The notes under the pieces were generated by a model that had not been told where the DNA came from, searched no databases, and saw nothing but the letters and a program-made list of their open reading frames with translations. This document shows positions 34,467-46,170 of a stretch of 64,000 bases of DNA, piece by piece (positions within the stretch are counted from its first letter, which is position 1; the number at the start of each line of letters is the position of its first letter). Origin of the DNA: Candidatus Sulfomarinibacteraceae bacterium (GTDB taxonomy: Bacteria; Acidobacteriota; Thermoanaerobaculia; Thermoanaerobaculales; Sulfomarinibacteraceae); the NCBI GenBank assembly GCA_963796455.1, contig CAWCLO010000004.1:640001-704000 (forward strand), in the 5' to 3' direction. The position numbers and the translations under genes were made by a program.

Positions 34467-35569
34467 GACTCGGCCTCGTCTTCGCCGTTGGGCTCGGGTT
34501 CCGGATCACCCGGCAGACGAACGAGCGCACCGTCCTTGAGGCTGGCCTGACCGGCGACCACGATCTGATCACCTTCTGAAAGCGCGGAGGCGGGCTCAAA
34601 GTTGTTGACATCTTCGAGCACCGGTTGGATCTTGATCCGCTCCACCCGGCGCTCATCGCCCAGGCGGAAGACAAAGAGCTGGTCGTTGTCGTAGACCACG
34701 GCCCGTTTCGGCAGCAACAGGGCGTCCTCGTGGACCGCCGTCACCAGGTCGACCTCGACGTACATTCCGGGCCGCAGCCCCTGCTGGCGGGGGATCGCGA
34801 CGGTGACTTTCAGCGTGCCGGTTCCGGGATCCACCACGGGAGCGATGCGGTCCACGCTGCCGACCAGGTTTGCGCGGCCGACTGCATCGGCGGTGACCCG
34901 GGCAGCGAGCCCGGGCGCCAGCGACGGCAGCTCCTTCTGAGGAACGTAGATCCTGGCGACGATGGAGTCGAAGTCGATGATCCGAAACAGCGGCTGGTTG
35001 AGCGTCACAGAGTCGCCGACGTTGACGAGGCGCTCGGTGACGACACCGGCGAACGGCGCCCGGACCTCGGTATAGGCCAGGTTGCGTCGCGCGTCATCAA
35101 CGGCGATCTCGGCCTGATCGAAGACCGACGCCGTGTCGTTGAACACCTGCTCGCTCACCAGCTTCTGCTCGAACAGGCTCTTCTGCCGGTTGAACTCGCG
35201 GGTCGCCTGCCGCAGCTCGATCTCGGCCTTGTTGAGGGCGCTCCGTTGCTCGTCGTCCTGGAGCCGGATGAGCAGTGCGCCGGCTCTGACGCCGTCGCCT
35301 TCCTCCACCCGGAGCTCGACCACCCGCCGCTGGGCCTCGGCTAAAACCTGGACGTCGCGCTCGGCCTCGAGGGTTGCCGAAAACCGGAGCGCCGACTCGA
35401 TGGTGCCGCGCTCGAGGGCGACGACATCGACCGGAACAGCCTCTTCGGGCCGATCCTCGTCGCTTGCTGCCCCCTCGGCCCAGGTCCGTTCATCATCCCC
35501 TCCGCCCGAACATGAGGCGAGGGTCAGCAACAGTAGGAGAGTGAGACACGTAGAGGTGAGCAATTTCAT
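34463..35569 (-). CDS. RND membrane fusion protein (periplasmic adaptor), lipoprotein
   Basis: Lipobox LASC, VEEGDGV, RAPFAG and LRPGM motifs. Confidence 0.93.
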
Positions 35570-35693
35570 TGGCGGTGGATAGTCCCTTCGACTCGTTTTC
35601 GGTCCCACGAGATTTAACGGGAAAAACGACTCCGGGTTCCCGATCAGTTATCGAGTGCCTCCAGGATACAGATCCTGATGGGTTCCACGTTGC

Positions 35694-35726
35694 ATGGGTG
35701 CCGCGTTCACCATTGCGCCATTGTCA
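35694..35726 (+). repeat. Subfamily C arm
   Basis: ATGGGTGCCGCGTTCACCATTGCGCCATTGTCA. Confidence 0.78.
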
Positions 35727-35935
35727 TTTTCGAGAGATCGCTAAGTCATTGAGCGCCAGGTATTAGATTGTGGCGTTTGCTCGTGCAATGCCGTCTCCGG
35801 GTCATCAGGTGATACCTGCAAACCAGGCAAAACCATGCGTTCGGATGAAGGAAACCATCCAAACGGGCGATTGCGGTGAACAGTTCCTACTCCTATCGTT
35901 GAATATGAGGGCGTCTCGACACTATGGGGGTTGTA

Positions 35936-37222
35936 ATGAAATCAGCTTTTGTTCGGGGAATGCGGGTCGTTTTGTTTGCGGTGATCGCGATGGCTCTTTG
36001 CATTGCAGCCGGTCCCGCCGTGGCTCAAGGTCCGCCGATCTTCGACGTGCAGGAAATCGGCCCGGGGACCATCCCGGCAGACCTCAATAATCGGGGTGAG
36101 GTTGTCGGAGGAGCCAGGGGGCCCGTACCGGGCGGGTATGGATTTACCGCATTCTATTGGTTCGATGGGGTCCTCGTCGATCTTGGGGCCAACTGGGAAA
36201 ACGCGAGTTCTGCCCTGTCCGTGAACAATTCCGGCGTGATTCTCGGGACCGTTGAAGGTGTTGGCGATGAACTCGACAGGTTATTTGAAATCGATGCCGA
36301 AGGGAATATCAGTTACCCCGCGCCGTTCGACCCAGCGGTTGACGTGAGGGCGAAGGCGATCAACGATGAGGGCCAAATTGTAGGAACCCATAGCAGCACG
36401 AGTATTCCCTTTTTCTGGGATCGCACGACGGTGTATGACCTTGTCCCGAGTTGGGCGGTTCAGAGTTTTTTTGGCGGTCTCAATAACCTGGGTCAGGTCG
36501 CAGGGTCTTCCCGCGAGGATGGGTGCGGCAACTCCGGTTTTTTGTGGCAAATGAACTTTTTCACCGAAGTCGGCTCGTGCAACGATCGGATCGCGGCGAA
36601 TGACATCAACGACACCTCACAAATCGTTGGTTCCATGTTTTTTGCGGGTGAGAACCAGAAACACGCATTCGTTTACGAGGACTCACAGTTCACTGACCTG
36701 GGGGTTCTTGACGGCCAACAGGCAAGTGTTGCACGCAGCATCAATAACCAGGGTTGGATTGTCGGTGACTCGTCCTCGTCGATGCCACCGTCCGGGAGCG
36801 CGTTCATTTACATTGACGGGGTTATGTACGACCTCAACGACTATGTTTCTACCGAAAGCTGGCGTCTCACCAGGGCCCTCAAGATCAACGACCGCGGCCA
36901 GATACTCATGTTGGCCAATCTCACAACGAGCTTCGGGAGCACCTATCTCCTGCTGACACCCTCGGGAATTGATTCGATTCCAGGCCTCATTGAACTGATC
37001 GAATCCTACGAACTCCATCACGGTATCGAGCACAGTCTTTTGGTGAAGCTCGAGCACGCGAACGAGGCGGTCGCCGACGGAAACCTGAAACGCGCATGCC
37101 ATCGTCTCCAAGCGTTCATCAATCAGGTCAACGCACAAACGGGGAAGAAGATCACCGAAACCCAGGCGGAAGAGATTCTCGAAGCCGTCGACACTATTCG
37201 AGCTGCGCTGCCCTGCCCGTAG
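35936..37222 (+). CDS. Secreted HAF-repeat beta-propeller protein with C-terminal helical (FIMAH-like) domain
   Basis: Repeats of A..IN..GQIVG...HAF...DLG; C-terminus LQAFINQVNAQTGKKI. Confidence 0.85.
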   Translation: MKSAFVRGMRVVLFAVIAMALCIAAGPAVAQGPPIFDVQEIGPGTIPADLNNRGEVVGGARGPVPGGYGFTAFYWFDGVLVDLGANWENASSALSVNNSGVILGTVEGVGDELDRLFEIDAEGNISYPAPFDPAVDVRAKAINDEGQIVGTHSSTSIPFFWDRTTVYDLVPSWAVQSFFGGLNNLGQVAGSSREDGCGNSGFLWQMNFFTEVGSCNDRIAANDINDTSQIVGSMFFAGENQKHAFVYEDSQFTDLGVLDGQQASVARSINNQGWIVGDSSSSMPPSGSAFIYIDGVMYDLNDYVSTESWRLTRALKINDRGQILMLANLTTSFGSTYLLLTPSGIDSIPGLIELIESYELHHGIEHSLLVKLEHANEAVADGNLKRACHRLQAFINQVNAQTGKKITETQAEEILEAVDTIRAALPCP

Positions 37223-37476
37223 CGCACACCGTCGGTGCTTCAATGGCACCCATGCATGTTCTTTTGGCACTCTCACTTCTAGAAAGTGAGAAATATTGTT
37301 GGAATTGCGTCGTCTAAGAGTCAAAGGAACTCTTTTGTGCGGACAACATCGGGTGCCGTTACCGTCGAGAAAGCGACCGAATCGGCAGAACGTGCCTCGT
37401 CTTTCCGCAAAATGGCATGCGTGGGTGGATCCGCGCGTATGAACATGCGAACCTGGCGTCACCTCAGGAGGTAACA

Positions 37477-38458
37477 ATGCCGACTCATCGTGAAGTTCGT
37501 CGATCCTTCGTTCTGATGACTGCCCTTGCCCTTTTCATCGGTTGCGGTGTCGTCCAGACCGAGCCCGAACCCTCGGCGGCCAAGGAAGTCGCGCCGCCCT
37601 TGCCGGCAATCGATTCGTTGGTCACGGCGGAGTGGCTGAGCGAGCACCTCGACGAACCGGATCTGGTGGTGCTGGACTGTACCGTGATGGTGGAGCAGGC
37701 CGAGGACGGCAGCATGCAGACCGTCAACGGCCGGGCCAACTATGACAGCGGGCATATTCCGTCCGCCGGCTTCGCGGATCTCATGGGAGATCTCGTCGAT
37801 GGTGAGAGCGATCTCGATTTCGCGATGCCGACACCTGAGGCCTTCGCGGCCGCCATGAGCGCGCTTGGCGTGAGTGACGATTCTCGAGTGGTCCTCTACG
37901 ACGCGATGGGCTCTTCGTGGGCGGCACGAGTCTGGTGGATGCTTCGCTGGATCGGCTTCGACCGCGCGGCTCTGCTCGACGGAGGTCTGGCGGCCTGGAC
38001 GGCCGAAGACCGTCCGCTGTCAACCGAGGCTGTCGCGCGGCCAGCGGGGACGCTGACCCCGGCTCCCCGGCCCGGAACTCATCGCCGATCGTGACGAGGT
38101 GCTCGCCGCGATTGATGACGCCGGAGTGCTCATTGTCGACGTCCTGCCGGAGCCGCACTACCGCGGAGAGATGGTCATGTACGCCCGCCCGGGTCACATC
38201 ACCAGCGCTGTGAACGTCTCGGTCATGGGGCTTTTTGACGAAACCGGCCATTTTCGATCGCAGGACGAGCTGGCCGCTCTGCACACGACCGATCACGATG
38301 CCCGCCACATCACATATTGCGGTGGCGGCATCGCCGCGTCGTCGAATGCCTTCGTCATGACCCGACTCGGTTTCACCAACGTCGCTGTCTATACCGCCTC
38401 GCTGCAGGAATGGACTGCCGATCCGGACCTACCGATGGAGACCGTGCCGGCGCAGTAG
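37477..38458 (+). pseudogene. Two-domain rhodanese/sulfurtransferase (SseA-like) with a frameshift near 38072
   Basis: GHIPSA, ARVWW and LDGG in one frame; RPGHI and YCGGG in the next; pseudogene or sequence error. Confidence 0.85.
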
Positions 38459-38616
38459 GGGAAGATGAGTATCTGGATCCGAAGATCCTGGATCGTTGCG
38501 TTGACGGCTACCAGAATGCCCAACTTCCCAAGATCCTCGGACCTGGAGCCTCTACACATGCCCCGTTCGCATCACCACAACCTATGGGCATTTGACAGGG
38601 TGACGGAAGAGTAAGA

Positions 38617-38676
38617 GGGCACCCATGTGAGAAAGCAAGATTGAATGATTACGAAGGGTGGCACCATGGCACCCAT
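38617..38676 (+). repeat. Subfamily A arm with flanking and doubled ends
   Basis: GGGCACCCATGTGAG-AAAGCAAGATTGAATGATTACGAAGGGTGGCACC-ATGGCACCCAT. Confidence 0.85.
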
Positions 38677-38770
38677 GGGACAGATGAATGTCAGGTCCGG
38701 AGTTCGAAGTTAGGTTAAACGGAACTGCGGAACTGCGGGCCTCGCTCCGAAAGAAAATGGCACCGAATAA

Positions 38771-39607
38771 TTATGGCGTCACCGATGACCACAAATCGGT
38801 GGTCCCCGACTCGAAACCATCGGCAAAGAGCGTCCCGGGCACGACCTCCTCGAAAGAGAAACCGACGCGGAGATCGTCGAAAAAGGTCGGTTGGCCGTTC
38901 ATCTGATCGCCTCGGATTGAGACGGTCAAGATTTTTCCGCCGCCGCTGTTCAGCAATTCGGTAGAGAATCCGTTGATCACCGGCAAGTTTGACTCGTCGA
39001 CGGGGTCGACCCAGAGCGTGACAACCTCGTCGTCGTCCAGGCCACCCGTGTTCGTGTCGCCGTACTCGATCCGGACGACGACAAGTTGCTTGTCGGCGGG
39101 CACGGTGCCACCGCTGGCGAGGCCGCTGATGCCGCCATTACCGACGATGTACGCTCCATCGCTAATCCCGAAAGAAAAGTCGACCGCCCCACCGCCGTCG
39201 AGTCGCACGAGCTCGAGCTCGAAAGTCATGTCTCCGTCGGCCCTCGGAGGAGCAATCAGGAAGCTCGCGTAGAACATATCGCCGTCGGTCTCATAGAGAA
39301 TATGTTCGGCCGAGGCGCTCCGTGTCGCGATGCGGGCTCCGTTGTCACCGGAAGGCCGGTCGTAGACGGCTTTGCCCGTGCCGGCCTCATCGTCGAGTTG
39401 AGTCTTGTTGACATAAAAGTTGCTGTTCGGAACAAGCGTCCAGTTGCCGATCAATCCGTCGGCCGGTCCCGCCGGGTCAGCCGAGATCAATACGTTGTCC
39501 GGATAGCCTGTGAAAGTATCCTCGATGATCGTTTGTGCCTGCAAAGAAGCAGCCGGCGATAACAGACACAGACCCATCACGCCTACCGGGATTCCGTGAA
39601 ATCTCAT
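38771..39607 (-). CDS. Secreted hypothetical protein with C-terminal FADGFE motif
   Basis: Signal peptide; beta-sandwich-like sequence (TLWVDP, FDDLRVG); ends LFADGFESGTTDLWSSVTP. Confidence 0.8.
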   Translation of the reverse strand: MRFHGIPVGVMGLCLLSPAASLQAQTIIEDTFTGYPDNVLISADPAGPADGLIGNWTLVPNSNFYVNKTQLDDEAGTGKAVYDRPSGDNGARIATRSASAEHILYETDGDMFYASFLIAPPRADGDMTFELELVRLDGGGAVDFSFGISDGAYIVGNGGISGLASGGTVPADKQLVVVRIEYGDTNTGGLDDDEVVTLWVDPVDESNLPVINGFSTELLNSGGGKILTVSIRGDQMNGQPTFFDDLRVGFSFEEVVPGTLFADGFESGTTDLWSSVTP

Positions 39608-39932
39608 TCGATTGCCCCCCGCGTTCGTTCAATCGTTCCTCGAATCGTGTCATCGGTGCCCGCCAGTTTCCTGGTTGTGGTCGGTGCCGACCGGGTTGAT
39701 CATTCGCGTTCGGCCTTGGTGACGTCCCGCCGGACAATCCAGGGGTGGGGCACGGTCACCTGAACTTGAGCAAGACCGGTGCCAACTTCTCCAGATTTCA
39801 ACAAGTGGTTTTGGAACAGCTATTTGGCTGCAGATGAGCCGCCGAGTTTCCGAACCCGGGCGAGTCGAGGAGCCACGCAGGGTGTGGCAACCCGACCCAC
39901 TCGGTCAGGTGCCGCGGTCGATCCACGAAAAA

Positions 39933-40075
39933 GGGTCCACCGATCACAACCTCACAATAAACACAGTTTCAGGCGATAGACATTGTGAGGTTGTGATCAG
40001 TGGCACCCATGCACCCATGTTCTGGCAATCAGGATGCCAGCTGGCACCCAGGTGGCACCCTTGTATGGGGTGCCC
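39933..40075. repeat. Subfamily B hairpin element followed by multiple stacked cores
   Basis: Perfect 17-bp IR at 39942-39958/39982-39998, ending GTGGCACCCAT; then GCACCCAT, TGGCACCCAGGTGGCACCC and GGGGTGCCCC. Confidence 0.9.
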
Positions 40076-40113
40076 CTGATGCAGCTACACTGGCGGCACA
40101 TCGGAGGTGCCCT

Positions 40114-43100
40114 TTGGCCAGACTGAAGCTTTCTCATGCCCTAACGCTGTTGATCGTGGCGATGCCATGTGTGACCGCAGGAGCCCAGACCGCGCCTGAA
40201 AGCGCCATCGTTCCTGCGGAGCTCTTCTCCGGCCTCGAGTACCGCATGGTAGGGCCCTCCCGCGGGGGGCGGGTGACGACGGTGGCCGGTCACAGGGATC
40301 AGCTCGCGACCTTTTATATGGGTGCGAGCGGCGGCGGGGTGTGGAAGACGGAGGACGGCGGCCTGACATGGCGCAACGTTTCTGACGGCTCGTTCGCCAC
40401 GGGGTCCATCGGCGCTATCCGGACGGCCGATTCGAACCCCGATGTGGTGTATGTGGGAACCGGCTCGGACGGACTCCGGAGCAACGTCATCATCGGCAAA
40501 GGGGTCTACCGATCGGATGACGGTGGCACGACGTGGCGGCACCTTGGCCTCGAGGGCGTCGGCAATATCGGCGCCGTGCTGATCCATCCCGAGAATCCGG
40601 AGCTGGTCTACGTGGCGGCCATCGGCAACCCTTTCGCACCGAACCCCGAGCGAGGCGTCTACCGATCGCGGGACGGGGGGAGAGCTGGCAGAAGGTGCTT
40701 TTTGTGTCGGAAAAGACCGGCGCAGTGGATCTCGAGTTTGCCCCGGACGACCCGAGCAGAATCTACGCCTGCATGTGGCGCGCCGAGCGCAAGCCATGGA
40801 CCATCATCAGCGGCGGCCTCGAAGGCGGCGTCTACACTTCTCTCGACGGCGGTGACAGCTGGCAGCAGCTCACCGAAGGCCTGCCCAGCGGCCTGCGTGG
40901 CAAGGCGGATCTGGCCGTCTCGGCGGGCGATCCGGAGCGGGTTTACGTGCTCATCGAAGCGCCGGGCGACGAGGGCGGGCTGTACCGCTCCGACGATCGC
41001 GGCTCGAGCTGGCGTCAGGTCTCGGATTTCGACAAGATCCGCACCCGGCCCTTCTACTACTGCAATCTCGAGGCCCACCCCACAAACCCGGAGATCCTGT
41101 GGGCGATGAGCGAAGGCTTTTGGAAGTCCGAGGATGGGGGAGAGACCTGGAAGAAACAGAGAACACCCCACGGCGACAACCACGACATGTGGATCAATCC
41201 CTCGCACCCTGACCTGTTCATCCAGGCAAACGACGGCGGCGCCAACGTCACCCTCAACGGCGGCAAGACCTGGACGAGTCAGTACAACCAGCCGACTGCG
41301 GAGCTTTACCAGGTCGATGTGAGCGACGGCTTCCCATATCGCCTCTACGCCGGCCAGCAGGACAACACCACCATCTCGGTGCCGAGCTTTCCTCAGCGCG
41401 CCATGCCGGGAGGTCATACGGCTCTGTGGGAGGACCAGGGTGGATGCGAGACGGGCCCGGCAGTGCCCAAACCCGGCGATCCCGACATCGTCTACGCCAA
41501 TTGCAAGGGCCGATTCGGCGTCTTCAACCGACGAACCGGGCAGGAGCAGCAGTACTACGTGGGATTCGCCAACGTTTACGGCCACAACCCCAGGGATCTG
41601 GAGTACCGCTTCCAGCGGGTGGCGCCGATCCACGTCTCGCCCCACGATCCCGATCGCGTCTACCACGGCTCGCAGTTCGTGCACGTTACCGAGAACGGCG
41701 GCAGGACCTGGAAGACCATATCTCCCGACCTCACGGCGAACACACCGGAGACGCAGGTGGTTTCGGGAACTCCCATCACCATCGACGTCACCGGCGAAGA
41801 GCACTTCGCCACCCTCTACGAGATCCAGGAGTCACCCCACGAGCCGGGCGTCATCTGGGTAGGTGCCAACGACGGGCCGATCCACCTGACGCGCGACGGC
41901 GGCGCGACCTGGACCGAGGTCACCCCCGAAGGACTCGGTCCCCATGGCCGGGTGCAGACGATCGAGGTTTCGCCCCACGACCCGGCGGCGGCCTATGCGG
42001 CAATCCTCCGCTACCAGCTCGGTGACTTCTCGCCCCACGTCTACGCCACACGCGACTATGGTGCCAGCTGGTCGCGGCTGACAACCGGCGAAAACGGGAT
42101 CCCCGAAGACGTGCCCGTGCGGGTGGTACGAGAGGACCCGATGCGACCGGGGCTGCTGTACGCCGGTACCGAATTCGGCATGTACGTCTCCTTCGACGGC
42201 GGGGCGCAGTGGCAGGATCTGCAGCTCAACCTACCCGTCACACCGGTGACGGATCTCAAGCTGGTGCACAACGACCTGGTGCTTTCGACCATGGGCCGCA
42301 GCTTCTGGATTCTCTACGACCGGTCTCCCCTTCTCGAGGCCTCCGCCGAGCTCGCCACCGAAACCGCTCACCTGTATGCCGTGCAGGAAGCCGTCCGCCT
42401 CCACACCGGTGGCCGCTGGCGGCGACCGAGTGATGATGCAGCCCGCCCCCAGTACCCTGCGGCCGGTGCCAATATCAACTACTACCTCGCCGCGGAAGCG
42501 AACGGCGAGATGCGTGTGGAGATCTTCGACGACAACGGCACGCTTGTGCGCGAAATCGTGCCCGAGCCGCCGGATCCCGAGCAGGAATCCGAGTCCGAGG
42601 AGGTGGGGGAGGTTCGACTCCTCCGAAGATCCGGACGACACCATGGAGACGCCCGACGCGCCGCCCGAGAAACCTGCGCCCACACGCTGCAGACCACGGC
42701 GGGAATGCACCGCGTGGTTTGGGATCTGCGCCACACCGGCCCGACCGAACGACGGGTCAAAGATGAGGGTGAGGACGACGACGACGATCGCTCCAAGCTG
42801 CGCGGCCCCATGGTGCCGCCGGGCACCTACGAGGCGAGACTCCAGATGGGGGAGTGGAGTGCGAGACAACGATTCGAGGTGGTGATGGACCCGCGGGTCG
42901 AGGCCGAGGGCATCGGCCCCGCTGATGTCACGGTTCAAGCGGACTTCGCCCTCGCGGTCCGGGACGCCGTCAGCCAGGGCCAGAGATGCCGCGGATCGAA
43001 TCGAGGAGGCCATGAAGGGGCTCGACCAGGGCGAGCAGCGCGAACGGCTCGAGGGAATCAAGGCCAGGCTCATCACGCACGAGGTGCGCTATTCACAGCC

Positions 43101-43260
43101 CAAGCTGCTGGATCAGCTCGAGTACCTGTACCGCAACCACATCGGTGCCGACCAGCTGCCGGGGGCAGAGGCGCGAAGACGTTTCACAGTTCTCGAGGAC
43201 GAACTGGCAGTTCTTCTCGAAGACCTGGAACTCACGCTTAACGCCAAGAACCAGGATTGA
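40114..43260 (+). pseudogene. VPS10/BNR-repeat 'glycosyl hydrolase' family protein, frameshifted
   Basis: GPSRGGRV, GGVWKTEDGG.TW, repeated S.D.G..W, PHGDNH and GTEFG motifs; frame breaks near 40678, 42610-42690 and 42976. Confidence 0.85.
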
Positions 43261-43444
43261 ACTGCCGTCTGTCGGGGCCTCCATTTCGCTTCACCTGGGT
43301 GACACGCTTTGCATTGTCTCGTCGTTCACGATAATGCAATGGAGAACCCGGTACCCATCAGCGTGACGTGTTCCTCCTATTTGAGGATGGCCTCCACGAT
43401 TTATGTTTGGTTGTGACCGTGGCACCGATGGTCCGGCGTTGGGA

Positions 43445-43839
43445 TCAGCGGGGCGCCGTTCGTCTCGACGCGCGCCGGGTCCCGATCGTGGAGAACTCGA
43501 CCGCATCGACCGGTCCCGACACCTCGATCACTTCCGCGTCCAGGCGCCGCCAGACCGCACCCTTCCCATCGACCTCGACTTCCGTGATCCGCAACGCTGT
43601 GTGAAGCCAGAAGTGGAAGGCGGTGACGCCCCCGGTCAGCGCCCTCACCGTCATGGTGTTGCTGCCGTTGATGGTTTCGGACTCGGGGTTGACGTCGAAG
43701 TCCAGACGGTAGTGGAGGACGTCGGTGCGCTCGTTGAGGGGATCGTTGATGCTCTTGAGCCGCAGCACTTCGGATTCTTCGGAGGATCCGGCATGGGCGG
43801 TCTTGGCACGCGAACAGACGTCGGTCGTGCCCGTCTCCA
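43445..43839 (-). pseudogene. N-terminal fragment of an M1 aminopeptidase-like protein
   Basis: DVLHYRLDFDVNPESETING...LRITEVEVDG resembles M1 N-terminal domains; no catalytic domain; bounded by repeats at 43409-43429 and 43840. Confidence 0.6.
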
Positions 43840-43977
43840 GGGTGCCACCAGGGTGCCACGTTCACAATTGCACAGTTGTCAGGCTTCGTGAATCAAAAGG
43901 GTGCCGCCGATCGCAATCTAACCCACAACACAGTTTCAGGCGATAGACGTTGTGAGGTTGTAATCAGTGGCGCCCAT
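43839..43977. repeat. Stacked left ends, a C arm and a complete B element
   Basis: AGGGTGCCACCAGGGTGCCACGTTCACAATTGCACAGTTGTCAG; the B element at 43899-43977 shares 22 identical loop bases with 39960-39981. Confidence 0.9.
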
Positions 43978-44205
43978 GCGGTCATATAATGAAATGAAGG
44001 GCAGATGGCAAAGGCTTCATGGCGAGACGCATTCACGGTTGATCGGGTCTACCCGGAAGGGTTGCGGTGCCTGATTGAGTTGGTCCACCGTCACGTGCCG
44101 AAGGCTTCGTGGGGGATGGCCCCTACGGACCATTCGTGGCCTTGATCGAAAGAAACCTGGCCGACTGGGAAGCTGACGCGTGAGAGTCGTGGCCACCTGG
44201 TTGGG

Positions 44206-44754
44206 ATGGGGATGGGGTCGATTTACGATCTCGGCGGGCCTGGGCACCGCGCACCTCAAGACGAGCGCGAGCAATTCGATCGCTTCGATGACGCGCTCCG
44301 CTGGATACACGGCCTCACCTGGACCTGTGCCGAGCAATGGGTCGCCCACCGGAAGCGATGGAACGCCCAACATGACCGCGCACTGCTCACAAAACTCGAG
44401 GTCCAACAGCAGGTGGTCATTTCGGCCAAGGAATGCCTTCGTTGCCGGTGGCAGGCGGCAGTTCGGTCGGACATGACAGTGGCGGTCAATACCCTCGAGA
44501 AGGAGCCCTTTCTGCGACAGCTTGTCACGCGCGGGGGCAAAGCGGTTTCTCGAGCCCTGTTGCGACCTCGCACGGCCAAACAGCTGGCTGGTCACGGAAA
44601 GCTTCGCGATGCTCTCATGGCGACGCTGCCTGACCAGGGCGTCAAGGTCTATAGCAAGCGCTATCCTACTCGTTGCCCAGCATGTCAAGGACGTCTTATC
44701 GGGACCTATCTCACCCTTGAGGAGGAGACGGTTCGCGCGTTGGTCAAAGGATGA
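44206..44754 (+). CDS. Hypothetical protein (two CxxC pairs), 5' end possibly degraded
   Basis: ORF only; CLRC and CPAC motifs. Confidence 0.4.
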   Translation: MGMGSIYDLGGPGHRAPQDEREQFDRFDDALRWIHGLTWTCAEQWVAHRKRWNAQHDRALLTKLEVQQQVVISAKECLRCRWQAAVRSDMTVAVNTLEKEPFLRQLVTRGGKAVSRALLRPRTAKQLAGHGKLRDALMATLPDQGVKVYSKRYPTRCPACQGRLIGTYLTLEEETVRALVKG

Positions 44755-44782
44755 GCCGGGTGCCAGCTCCCGGACAGCCGCG

Positions 44783-45295
44783 ATGGCATTTCGTTCTCCG
44801 ATTTCTGATCGACTGGGCGTTGATCGCATCTGCCTGACAGGGGTGTTTGTCGGGCCGTCCGCCCTGGTCGGCCTTGTCGGCCCGGCGATGGTCTGGGAAT
44901 TCGTTCATGCGTTTTACGGACTGTTCTTGAGCAACCTGCGGGTGGCGAAAGGCTCCCTGATGAGCTGGATTTTCGTCGCTTCAGTCTCGATTGTGGTTGT
45001 GATTTATGCCTTCGCCGTCAATGGCTGGGTTGTGCTGACCTTTGCAGTGCTTTCGACTCGGTATCTGCTTGCAGGTAATGCCGGGCAAATTCAGTCTGCT
45101 TTTGCCGACACTGTGCAGTATGTCTTTGCCGTCTTTCCAGCCGGCTTCCTCGCCTACGTGGCCACGCAGACGGCTGACCTGACGATGGCACAGGGCGTTG
45201 TCCTCTTTGCCGGGCTCTATTTCCTGGCGCGCTGGTTTTTTTCGAACTACTGGGATCCGTACCGCTGGCTCGGGGTCGACTGGCATCCAGGCTGA
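44783..45295 (+). CDS. Hypothetical membrane protein
   Basis: Several hydrophobic helices; start uncertain. Confidence 0.55.
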   Translation: MAFRSPISDRLGVDRICLTGVFVGPSALVGLVGPAMVWEFVHAFYGLFLSNLRVAKGSLMSWIFVASVSIVVVIYAFAVNGWVVLTFAVLSTRYLLAGNAGQIQSAFADTVQYVFAVFPAGFLAYVATQTADLTMAQGVVLFAGLYFLARWFFSNYWDPYRWLGVDWHPG

Positions 45296-45390
45296 ACCAA
45301 TTCGAAGATGGTCGGCACCCATGTGGCACCCAAGCCGAGCCTCCGCTATCCTCTGCGTTGCCGTGTGCGCCCGGATCCGGAGGTCAAATC

Positions 45391-46170
45391 ATGCTGATCC
45401 TATTGTCCCCAGCCAAGAGTCTCGTCGAAGGACCTGCCGTCGACGGCCTGCCTGCCACCCAACCGGTTTTGCTCGATCAGACCGAAACACTGATGAAAAC
45501 GACTCGTCGTCTGAGCGCACCCAAGATCAAAAAACTGATGGGCGTCAGCGACCGACTCTCGGTCCTGAACCGCCAGCGCTTCCGGGATTGGACGACGCCC
45601 TTCACGACTGAAAATGCACGCCAGGCCGCGCTGATGTTCAGTGGAGATGTATACCGCGGTTTCGACGCAGCCACCCTCAGCGTCGAGGATCTCGCTTTTG
45701 CCCAGGACCACCTGGTGATCCTTTCCGGCCTTTACGGCGCCCTGCGTCCACTGGACCTGATCCAACCCTATCGCCTCGAGATGGGCACCCGGCTTAATAC
45801 GAGACGTGGCAAAGACCTCTATGCCTTCTGGGGCCGGCGCATCACGGACCGATTGAATGAGCTCACCGAGGGGCAGGAAGATCGCACCGTCGTCAACCTG
45901 GCCTCAAAGGAATACTTCAAAGCGGTCCAGCCTGAAAAACTCGCCGGTCCTCTCGTCACCCCGGTCTTCAAAGACGTCAAGGACGGCAAAGCACGATTCC
46001 TGTCATTCTTTGCCAAAGCGACCCGCGGCAAGATGGCGCGGTGGGCGATCCAGAATCGCATGTCCACGAAGGATCAACTGCGTGCCTTCGATGGCGGCGG
46101 CTACGTGTTGCAACCCGAACTCTCCGACGAGACGCACTGGGAGTTTCACCGCCCCGGAGTGAATTGCTGA
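45391..46170 (+). CDS. yaaA: Peroxide stress protein YaaA (DUF328)
   Basis: LSPAK, FSGDVY, LSGLYGALRPLDLIQPYRLEMG, NLASKEY and AKATRG motifs. Confidence 0.95.
   Translation: MLILLSPAKSLVEGPAVDGLPATQPVLLDQTETLMKTTRRLSAPKIKKLMGVSDRLSVLNRQRFRDWTTPFTTENARQAALMFSGDVYRGFDAATLSVEDLAFAQDHLVILSGLYGALRPLDLIQPYRLEMGTRLNTRRGKDLYAFWGRRITDRLNELTEGQEDRTVVNLASKEYFKAVQPEKLAGPLVTPVFKDVKDGKARFLSFFAKATRGKMARWAIQNRMSTKDQLRAFDGGGYVLQPELSDETHWEFHRPGVNC

Noticed and set aside
39933..43977. Hairpin elements as canonical integron attC sites
   Set aside because: There are no consistent RYYYAAC...GTTRRRY boxes (ATCTAAC near 43917 occurs in one copy only), the genes are in mixed orientation, and no intI was recognised. 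A covariance-model search was not run.
44206..44754. This ORF as the recombinase or transposase for the repeats
   Set aside because: No HUH/Tyr, DDE, or tyrosine/serine recombinase motifs are recognisable.
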